A stretch of DNA of 64,000 nt from Adineta vaga (Eukaryota; Animalia; Rotifera): contig CP075496.1 in the NCBI GenBank assembly GCA_021613535.1, positions 13,392,001 to 13,456,000 of the forward strand. The letters run 5' to 3'. Below, piece by piece: positions 54,201-64,000 of this stretch. Made by a program: the position numbers and the translations under genes. The notes under the pieces are model-generated. The model did not search any database, was not told the origin of the DNA, and worked only from the letters and a program-made list of their open reading frames with translations. The number at the start of each line of letters is the position of its first letter. Position 1 is the stretch's first letter.

Positions 54201-57200
54201 GAAATTCCAAAGTTTCATCAGTCAATTATCTATTACTCGTATTTTCTAGCTGGAACAGAACAATGTGATCGAAATGCAGCTGATGCAAGTTTTTTCATGT
54301 AAATATATCGGTTTTATTTAATAGAACAGTATTGAAGAGAAAAGATTTGATCTTTTTTTCAGGGATGGATTTTGCATGATATTTATATTATTACAAAAAC
54401 GTATATTTTCAAGTTATTATTGGGAACATATTGTCAGTGAACTTCGTTCACAAGCAAAATTAGCTAGTCAAGGTGCTGTACTTTTCAATGAATTATCACG
54501 TCAACGAATTGAAGAAGATCGTATACAAGAAGATCAAACGGTCTCGAAAATAACACGAAGCTTAGATCGTATTAAAGAACAACAATCAAAATTAAATAAA
54601 ACAGATAGTAAATCGACATCAGCACTATCGGAATCATCAGAACATTTTGAAGGTATGTTTAGTAGACAATTGTAGAGATATATAAATCGATCATTGCATT
54701 GTTCTAGCTATTCGTTCGGGTGATTATTACATGTTTGATTACGAATCGGATGAAGAAGAAGATGAAGGAAATGTAGATGAAGCAACTGTTGCACAAGAAC
54801 AGGTTGAGAATTTGCAATTAATACAAATTACTAAATGACATGAATATATATATATTTCTAGATTCTTCATGTTTTAACTGCAACTGATAAAGAAGCAGAG
54901 ACTGCAGTGGTTACTCATAGTAAATTCTATTTAAAAGAAGAAGCGACTTATTCATAAATAACTACAATCATTTTTTTTCGTTTATAGAATCTGCAACAGC
55001 ATCTTTCATAGAAACAAATGGTCAAGACATTACTTCAGTATCACCATCTTCTCCTCATCCAGTTACAACTGCAACAACGATGCCGATCTTAATGGATTCA
55101 GGAGATAATACAGCGTCAGTTGTACCAAAAGGTAAATTATTCTTCTATGTAAAAAATGATAATTGATATCTGATTTGTTACAGAGAAGAAAGGTAAACGT
55201 AAATCAATTTTGATAAAAATTCGTCTTATTGGTTGGATTATAATGGATTATTTAATTGATTTATTCACTCGTAATTCTCGAGATTATCGAGAAGTATCAA
55301 AAAAATTAGCAGAAATGAAATCCGAAGATAAAATACTTCAACAAGAACGTATTCGTGCTGAAACAAGTATTGAAACGGTAAGATTCCCTTTTCTCAATCA
55401 GTAGATTTTCATTTCATATATCTCCTTCTTTAGAATTCAGTTATCGATATCGATGAAATGGCTGGTGGTGATAGACCAAATGGAAATGGGTAAGATTCAT
55501 TTATTTCCTATCGTTGTCTTTTTCTATACAATTGTATTTATTATTTAGACATATTCATTCTCAACGTGTATCTCAATCGTTTGATTTAAGTCAACGTTCA
55601 CGTTTCTATCGTTTATTTGATTCCATATTTTATTTTATCATGTCTCGATCTGAACTTCTTTGTTATTCAGCAATGATTATCAATCATTTAACATCTGGTG
55701 CACTTTTATCTCTTCCACTTCCATTATCGATCTTTCTTTGGGCAATGTTATCATCACGTCCATCACGTAATTATTGGATTACAGTTTTAACTTATACAGA
55801 AGCAATGATTGTCGTTAAATATATCTTTCAATTTCGATTTTATCCATGGTATGCAAATCCAGTCGATACACGTCCATTAGCAGCGATTAATATTATTGGA
55901 ATTAATCGACAAGAAAATGCGGCATCAGTAGCGGATTTATTTTTACTCCTATCACTCTTTCTTCATCGATCAATCTTAAAAGTAAATAATTACAAACTAT
56001 TTTCATAATAATAAATTTCATTTCTTATTCTTTTAGCAACTTGGACTATGGAAAGCCGAACAAACTACACCAAACGGTATGTATGAAATGGAATAATCTG
56101 TTTTCTATTTCAATAATTCATATAAATAATATTTGTATATTTAGAATCTGTTGCTGTTGATACCAATGCTAGTACTACAGTTCAACAAGAAGAAGAAGAA
56201 GTAGAACCAAAAACTGAATTAGAATTTACACGAATAAAAAGGTAAATTATCTTTAAATGATTTTCTTTTTCATCTATCTAAAAAATTTGAACAGAATTAT
56301 ATTCAAAATACGGTATGATAATCTTACTTCACATAGATAAGAATAGAATATGAGCATGTTTACATCTTCTTGTAGACTCTTTCATACACTGACTCATCTT
56401 TATAACATACGAATATTTTCTTCTTTGTATCTTTAGAAATGTTTATTTTATGAAACCAATGATTAGATTTTATCGACAACTTAAACAAGCATTATTCGTT
56501 CGTGATGTTTATGCACCAATGTTCTTCTGTGATTTTATTAATATGATTATTGTCATTGGATTCTATAGTCAATTTGGTGTAAGTATCATTAAATAATAGA
56601 AATGAATTTATTTGCAAGAAAACAAAACTTCTTTTTTACAGTTACCTAAAATCTTCAGGGTAATAAATGAAATCATTAAGAATATTTGCCACAAAACTAG
56701 AATTTCATTGATTCACAACATTTCACATCTAATTTGTTTTCATTTAATTGAAGAAATATAATTGAAATTTCTTTTCTAGGAACGAGCGGGTGGTAATGTT
56801 GTTCAAACAATAAAAGAAAATAAAGTAAATATTGACAATTCATTAATAGTTATTTTATGATGAATTTTTAGGTTCCTGTCGCATTTTTGGTTATATTATT
56901 AGTTCAATTCGTTTTACTTATTATTGATCGTGCACTTTATCTTCGTCGAAATGTACGTGGTAAATTATTCTTTCAATTATTTCAAGTTATTGTCGTACAT
57001 ATCTGGTTATTTTTTATTTTACCTGGCATAACTCGAACGTAGGATGAAAGCAAATCGAATAATTATTTATTTTTCTTTAATTTTACAGGAAATTTCGTGA
57101 TAATGTTGCTGCACAATTTTGGTATATATTCAAATGTATTTATTTCGGCTATTCATCGATTCAAGTACGATTGGGTTATCCCAAACGAATAGCTGGTAAT

Positions 57201-59681
57201 TTTCTTATGAAACGATATAATTATGTCAATCAAATTCTCTATCGAATGTAAGTAACAAAAATATGTTTGACAAACTACGATAATTTCTTTTTAGTTATCT
57301 TTTATTTCCATTCTTATTGGAATTACGAACAATTATGGATTGGATGTTTACAGATACAGCACTTGGATTAACAAGTTGGTTACAATTAGAAGATATCTAT
57401 TCAAATGTTTATTTGTTAAAATGTTCAAGATGGGCGGAAGAGGTAAATTTTAGTTTAGAAGTATAAGTTGAAAATGAAAATTCTTATTCTATATATTATC
57501 GAATGTCACTTTAATTGTTGTTTATGGTATCTTATAGAAATATCCAACTAAACGTGGAGTTCCTCGTCCAAAAGCAACAAAATATGGTGTTGGTGGTTCA
57601 TTATTGGCTTTATTAATTCTTTTAATTTGGTTTCCTCTATTATTCTTTTCATTTACATCATCATTCTATCAACCAAATCCACCGAAAGAAGTTAATGTAG
57701 AAATTAAATTAGGGGGTTATTTAGTAAGAAAATCTTCCATATTTGTTATTTTTCAATTATTTTATTTCATCTCTCTTAGCCAATATATCAAATGACTGCA
57801 CAAGATGTCGATTTAGGTGCCTTTACTGAAGCAGATTACAATAATCTTCGTTCATCTATTTATTCACCAAAATTTGGACCAGCTGTCGAAGTAAACATTC
57901 TCTTTTTTTTCATTAAAAACATCTCTTAATCTATTTCTATAGGATAGTGCCTATGCTTTCCTACGTGATTTCAATCCAGCTGATATCTATTGTGTGAATT
58001 TATTCGCTACTAGTGTCAATTTATGGGAAATTAGTCAACCAATTCGTGATATTGTTGTCGATAATTTACAACGCAATGTAACTGTACCAGTACGATTTTC
58101 TTATACAATAACACGTAATCCTCCGGGTGAGGATGATGCGGAAGATATAGCCGCAGTTGTATCTGGTGAAAATATTGTGGATATAAAACCTGAAGATCAA
58201 GATATTCGTAAGGCACTTATTGAAATTTTAATCAATGGAACATTTGAATCACAAAAGAAAATGTAAAATAATTGTATCTTTAGTTTTCTTTTTCTAAAGA
58301 CAGATTTCGTTTTGGCTTTTTTTTTAGAGAATTTACAATTAGTAATTTAATGCCAAGATTTTTACATGTAAAACCAAAAGCTAAACCAGAAGGCATCGAA
58401 TCATTTCAAAACGGTAAATTATTTATAAAACTTGTGAAGATTTATTTATTGAATATATATATATCATTTAGTTTTTCAACCCGAATATCATTCGAATATA
58501 ACGATGGGTCTTAATCGAGCACGATCAATTCCAAATAGTACGGAAGTTTGGTGGAAAATGTCAGAAGATCGAACAGGTTTTAAAGTTAATCCATCATGTA
58601 AATAATGCAAATATAATATAATTGAATTTTGAATCAATCACTTGTTGAATTTCTTAGGTTTATTTTCAAATCAAGATTATCTGAGTATGATCTTTTTCAA
58701 TGATAAAATCTCACCAGCTAATATTTCATTTCTTACTCGATATGGGTAAGTCAATATTGAAATTTTTTCTTAGACAACTAGCTTTGCTCGATTACTAACT
58801 AATAAAACTAACTATTATTCACCGCATGCTGTTTATTTTGTATGTTCTTTTCTAATATGAATATGTTTTTCTCTCTCTCTCTCTCTCTTTCTTCTCACAA
58901 CAGCTTGTTCTCCTTCTTCTTCTACTTATCTTGACCAACGATCATCATTCTCTTTTGTTCATGTTCCTTTTTTTCTCTCATGTAAATTGTCTCTAGTATC
59001 ATTGGTATCTACATTTCAATTGTTTCTGTTGCTGCTTCGTTTATTCGTGGTCAACTATTTGGTACAACGAATACAATTATGTTCGATGAATTACCTCAAG
59101 TCGATGCATTATGGCATTTCTTAAACGATATTTATCTCTTACGAACTGTTCGAGAATATGAAACTGAAAATGACTTTTTCGATCGTTTAGTATACATTTA
59201 TCGTGATCCACAAGTGTTACTCTATTGGACAAGAGAAAAACCCGATTCCAAATAATTGAAAAATTCTTTTTTTGATCAGATATTTTCACATGTGCGTTTT
59301 TTTTGTTTCTCTGTATGTAGAAAAATTCACGTGTTCTTTCTTTCATAATAGTGAGAATAAGAATAAAGTTTTCAATCAATGAATTGCAGAAATAAATTTC
59401 ACTGTTTTTTTTTCTTCTTTTCTTTTCATAGGATTATTGGTTTATATACAACATTCGTCATTGTTGTTGCACGATTATTACGTACAGTATTACAAACAAG
59501 TCAAACGATCATGTTTAATGAATTACCAAGTGTCGAACGATTATGGCATTTATTACGAGATATTTATCTAGTTCGAGAACATAATATTTTACATATTGAA
59601 GAGCAATTATTTGCTAAATTAGTGTTTTTATATCGTTCACCCGAAACATTAATACGTTTTACTAAATCAAAAGTCAATTAA
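48247..59681 (+). CDS. Piezo: Piezo-type mechanosensitive ion channel, highly multi-exon, alternatively spliced
   Basis: AWSITFHS, FYRFGLE, LLQKRIFSSYY, IRSGDYYMF, PLSIFLWAMLS, IDRALYLRR, PFLLELRTIMDW (PFxxExxxxxxW motif), KYGVGG, IWFPLLFFS, IMF.ELP and LYRSPE. Exon phases were traced by eye; there is one apparent frameshift at ~50570-50615. Confidence 0.95.
53768..53885 (+). other. Piezo: Piezo mutually exclusive exon X1 (extracellular loop before the beam)
   Basis: CTTTCAG|GTA GTT GCG TGT...CCC ACA G|GT; 118 nt, phase 0 to 1; VVACLGLLSAQCAIEQIFAIACLQSGIHSLNNYDSTSPT. Confidence 0.75.
54049..54193 (+). other. Piezo: Piezo mutually exclusive exon X2
   Basis: TTCTTTAG|GTA GTC GTT TGT...TAT AAA A|GT; 145 nt, phase 0 to 1; VVVCIFLYPKTSCKMESRMSTFCTFVDLFVPCLKSEFKPQTNCSSSYK. 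Confidence 0.7.
58997..59255 (+). CDS. Piezo: Piezo alternative terminal exon A (inner helix + CTD)
   Basis: CTCTAG| phase-2 acceptor; (G)IIGIYISIVSVAASFIRGQLFGTTNTIMFDELPQVDALWHFLNDIYLLRTVREYETENDFFDRLVYIYRDPQVLLYWTREKPDSK*; AATAAA at 59362. Confidence 0.85.
59432..59681 (+). CDS. Piezo: Piezo alternative terminal exon B (inner helix + CTD)
   Basis: TTTCATAG| phase-2 acceptor; (G)IIGLYTTFVIVVARLLRTVLQTSQTIMFNELPSVERLWHLLRDIYLVREHNILHIEEQLFAKLVFLYRSPETLIRFTKSKVN*; AATAAA at 59767. Confidence 0.88.
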
Positions 59682-59781
59682 AATGAGAATCTTTGTGATA
59701 TTGTTCTTCATCATGCTTTTTCTGTTGTTTGTTATTTAATCTTAGAAAATAATCATGACTTTGTAAAATAAAAAATGTCGA

Positions 59782-60804
59782 ATGTCATCTATCTTTCAGA
59801 TGAGTGGAATAGAAAAACGTAATTGGAATGGATATACATTAGTTTTAGTAAGAATTTCTTAGATTATCTGATAGAAAATGAAGAATGTATGTTTTAGCCA
59901 TCGATTTGTCATTGTTATGTGGGACAATTGGCAGTCGATACTTTAATTAATACTTTTCATATGAAAAGTGTACGAATACTTGATTGGATGTCTGTTGAAC
60001 CGGTGATTGCTTATGATCCGTATGAAAATTCGAATCAAGAAAATTTAGCATTTGGTATTGAAGGTAAGAAGAAATGAATGAAAATATTGAAATAAATTAT
60101 TTGAATTGTAGTTTATGAAGAATCAAATTTGAAATTATTAGTTATTCAACAACGCGGAGGAATTGTTTCAGGCAAACGACAAGCTTTTGTTGATGAACTG
60201 CTTGCATTTTTTAAAAATGAACAATTAAAAGAGATTATTGTTTTAACAGCATTTAATGCTGTTGAACGAAATGATGCACAATTAACTGGGTAGGAACAAT
60301 GAAGAGAAGAAGGAAAGAAAACGAAGATGTTAATGATTGTTTTCTATTTTCAGTGATCAATTTCGATATTTATCAACCGTAGTAAATTCGAATAATGTCG
60401 GATGGATTTCTTTAGAAGAACGTCAAGATAAACATCATCATAAGGTTGTTCGTGATCGTGATCGTTATTATATTGCAGGTGGTGGTATTGCAAATCGATT
60501 ATTCTATACAGCGTAAATAAATTTGTTTGTTTTTTATAACATATTAAAATTCTCTTTTGAATCTAGACAACAAGCTCAAATACCGATTACTATTTTACTA
60601 ATGTTTACTGATATTGGACAAGAAATACAACATGCTAATGAACTATTAATTCGATTAAATCAATGGAAAAATTGGCGTCAAGTAATGTTAATTGAAAGAT
60701 GTGATATGATTTTTTAGTATTTGATTTCATAGGTTGAACGATGGCAAATGCCAGCATCTCAACGAGCATGGATTGAAACACAAACTGTTCCGCCAATTTA
60801 TTGA
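59782..60804 (+). CDS. PSMG2: Proteasome assembly chaperone 2 (PAC2), 6 exons
   Basis: GYTLVL|PSICHCYVGQLAVDTLI, PVIAYDPY, E|VY...KLLVIQQR, ERNDAQL, IAGGGIA..L, WQMPAS. Confidence 0.82.
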
Positions 60805-60931
60805 TGAACAAATGAAATACATTGGTTACTAAGTAATTTTAGTGATCATTGTATTGTTTTTATTTTCGTGCCTTTTTTTCTTCTGTTGTTGTTGTTGTTG
60901 TGATATCCTATTCGATTTTTCTTTCTTTAAC

Positions 60932-61531
60932 ATGACAAACGAGAAAATAACTGATCGAAATTCGGAATGTTTTCTATCAAGAAAGTTTCCATTGCCTGAA
61001 CAACAATTTCGAAATAAAGATCTATCACAATCATCTCCGATTCTAAATATGAAAAATCCATTGACAACATTGAATTATTTGTCTCTTCTACAATCGATAC
61101 CATTAGATCAAAATCATTATGATACAACCAATTCATCAAATTGCTCTTCTATTCTTTCCGAAGAACCCATCGTTCTCAAACTTAATATTCCAATTGAAAT
61201 GATTGTTCGAACTATGCCTCAACAAATATCATCATCATCTCAAGAACAATGCAATCATCGATGTTCTTGTCATACACATCTTCCATATCAAACAACATCG
61301 GAGAATATTTCAAAATCACCTATGTCTTTCATACGAAAAGTGCAAGAAATATTTTTCGGTAACGACAATACGAATAATGATCGAGGAGATATTCCTTCAA
61401 AATCATTTGTGCGCGCTGATATGCCAACTTTTGATTCACATCTGATAAATGATGCAAATAGAGCAAGAAGAATGCAACAACAACCGAAAAACTTTCAGAA
61501 ATCATGTTCGAAACGATGTGACTGTGATTAA
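60932..61531 (+). CDS. Hypothetical protein (199 aa, intronless)
   Basis: Long stop-free ORF from ATG 60932 with plausible codon usage; no family recognised. Confidence 0.5.
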   Translation: MTNEKITDRNSECFLSRKFPLPEQQFRNKDLSQSSPILNMKNPLTTLNYLSLLQSIPLDQNHYDTTNSSNCSSILSEEPIVLKLNIPIEMIVRTMPQQISSSSQEQCNHRCSCHTHLPYQTTSENISKSPMSFIRKVQEIFFGNDNTNNDRGDIPSKSFVRADMPTFDSHLINDANRARRMQQQPKNFQKSCSKRCDCD

Positions 61532-61927
61532 ATATTGTTTTTATATATGTTCTGACTATAAACTGAATGGAAGAGGTTTTTCTTTCGTCCGTATTGCATC
61601 ATCTTTAGAAATACAGTATAGTTTATGCAATATTGCAATTGATTTATCTGACGATTGATTTTCATCATATATTTTACAACACGTTCTTGACAGTAAGTTG
61701 AATGCTCCAATAGCTATATTTTTTCACATGATCTCTACAGAGATGAGCTTCTGTTCACAATAAATTCTATTGGTCGATATACAAACCAACCAAAGATGCT
61801 TATTAAAGCCGATCGAACATATAAGTGATTTTTCGTTCGGCTTACTGTTGTGTTCATCTTAGTGTCATTTATTTGACAAATGCACTTGTTCTCTTTCTTT
61901 GACAAGATGTTCTCATTCTAGATTTCT

Positions 61928-64000
61928 ATGGCAAATAATTCTACTGATATTCAGATCGGCGTTGATTATATCAGTGCTGCTTGTAATTGTTGTCCACATT
62001 CTCTCGATTGGCAAAATGGTCCTCGATTGATTTATGGTGTAACAAATAGCGTAGCTCTTTGTTCTGATGTATGAGTTATCGAAATGAATACAATCTTTTT
62101 TCTAAACAAGAATTTTATCTATCATAGACTGCACCGTTCTCGGTACGAAAGACATTTTCAGGCCATCAAGGACGACTCAATTGTGTGAAATGGATTCGAC
62201 GAGAACAACAAAGTCTGTCTTTATTTTTCTTTGAGCAAATAAGCACATTGTACTAAGTGTATTTCTTTATCTATATAGATTCAAATAGTGATCATTACTT
62301 TCTCAGTGCATCTGTCGATAAAACAATCGGTTTATGGAAAGGAAAAAATGAAGATGTATGACATTGTTGAACTGAAAAAAGAAGGAAGAGATTGAACTGT
62401 TTTCTGTTATTTTTAAACTAGTATGTTAAACATGTGACACTCACAGGACATCAAAATAGTGTAACTACTGCTGATGGTTATCAACTATCTCCTACCGGTG
62501 ATATTTATGTAGCTAGTGGTTCTGCAGATTCAACAGTAAAACTTTGGCATATCTCTGATACGACAGGTATATCTCTATAAGAATTATTGAAATGATTAAA
62601 TAGACTTTTCGTTTAGTAACTTGTCTACATACACTTGATTTTAAGAATGGATTTGCAATAACCTTGCATTTAGTTCCATTGGATAATCATAAAGATAGTG
62701 AGTGTTTTCTTTTTAGAATTAAATAGTTAAAATACGCATTTCTTTTGGAAATCTTTAGTGTTTTTATTATTCGTGGCAACAGATAAGAACAAAGTACATA
62801 TTTATCAAGTTTCGAATAGTATAGTGAGTAAATTAAATTGACATATTTAAAAAATGACTTATAAATTGGATTTATACAGATTGAACAAGTATTTGTTTTA
62901 ACTGGACATGAAGATTGGATACGTTCAATAACAGTACAGAAAACAAGTAAGAAATAGACAACACAATTATCTTTTTATTCTTTTTATTGATTTTTCAATC
63001 AATACAGCACCATTTCAATGGTTCGTTGGAACATGTGCTCAAGATAATTATGTTCGAATATGGCAATTATCATTTGATGATAAGAATAACAATAATAATC
63101 AAACAAATATGGATCCATTAGCATTGAAATTAAAACGAAGTTCATTTTCTTTGAAACATTCTGGTAAGAAAAATTGTCTTTATAAAATGACGTTATTTAT
63201 CTATGTTTGATTTAGATCAATCTCAAACTAATGTCGAAGTAGAACTCTATTCAATATTATTAGGACATGAAGAAGCAATCTATGGTCTTTGTTGGTATCC
63301 AAATACAGGTAGAATGATGTTTAGTGTTGAAAAATGTGTTTCATAAAACGATATTTAACCTTGAAGATCGAAAGAAAGCAGCAACAACAATTCTATCTGC
63401 ATCAATGGATAAGTCAATGGTTTTATGGACATTTGATGATAATCAAAAAATGTATATCGATAAAGTAAATGTGTCCTTGTTTTATTCTAAAATTTGACAT
63501 ATTCTATTATTCCAATAGGCTCGTGTAGGTGAAATCGGTGGTAATACACTAGGCTTTTATGGATGTACATTTAGTCCATGTGGTTCATATATACTCGGTC
63601 ATGGTTATGAAGGTGCTTTACATTTATGGAGAATTGAAGAAGTGAGAATTGCAAGGATAACAATGATTTTTGAAAGTGTTTCTTTAGATTGATGATCGTA
63701 TTAATTTGATTCCACAAGTTATTAATAGTGGACATTTTAGTACAGTAGAAGATTGTTGTTGGGATAAACATAGTGGACGATATTTATTGAGTGTATCAAC
63801 GGATAAAACGACACGTTTACATGCAGAATGGAAACGAAATGAAGTAAAAGAAAAATTTTCAGTTTTGATTGTATTTTAATTTTGAAAAACATAAGATGAT
63901 TTCATGGCATGAAATTGGTCGACCACAAATTCATGGTTATGAAATGAAATGTTTGACTTTTATTGGTTCAAATCAACAACGAATCGTCTCAGGAGCTGAT
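61928..64000 (+). CDS. ELP2: Elongator complex protein 2 (WD40), 3' end outside window
   Basis: [89 protein letters not shown]. Confidence 0.93.

Noticed and set aside
35348-64000. Functional cluster of RNA-modification genes (OSGEPL1, ELP2; also WTAP)
   Set aside because: Far apart, different compartments and separated by unrelated genes; likely coincidence.
1-64000. CRISPR arrays, rRNA, tRNA, intact transposons
   Set aside because: None seen by eye; a tRNAscan-SE or Infernal run would be needed to exclude small RNA genes.

Overview
AT-rich, gene-dense eukaryotic DNA with very short (~50-65 nt) GT-AG introns and some intronless, non-animal-looking genes. I infer a bdelloid rotifer (Adineta/Rotaria type), but this is not verified. 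Gene order: MED30(-), WTAP(+), two tandem secreted DUF4139-like genes(-; second frameshifted), NAGLU(+), GT61-like glycosyltransferase(-), a gene-poor stretch with a perfect hairpin, two tandem FoxA paralogues(-), a DUF4291 gene(+), WIP/verprolin(-), SLC44A/CTL(+), OSGEPL1(-), AP-1 sigma(-), a two-PH-domain adaptor(-), a cytochrome b5 reductase pseudogene(-), RPS19(+), Piezo(+), PSMG2(+), an orphan ORF(+) and ELP2(+, runs off the window). The main result is the exon architecture of the Piezo gene. It has two duplicated, divergent alternative last exons, each encoding a complete pore-lining inner helix plus CTD with different residues at known gating positions. It also has a mutually exclusive exon pair for a Cys-containing extracellular blade loop, at least four frame-preserving microexons and a possible N-terminal extension exon. 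Together these suggest a combinatorial mechanosensitive channel repertoire from one locus. One apparent frameshift in Piezo (~50570-50615) needs checking. All gene models were built by eye from the sequence; family names come from recalled motifs, not database searches.
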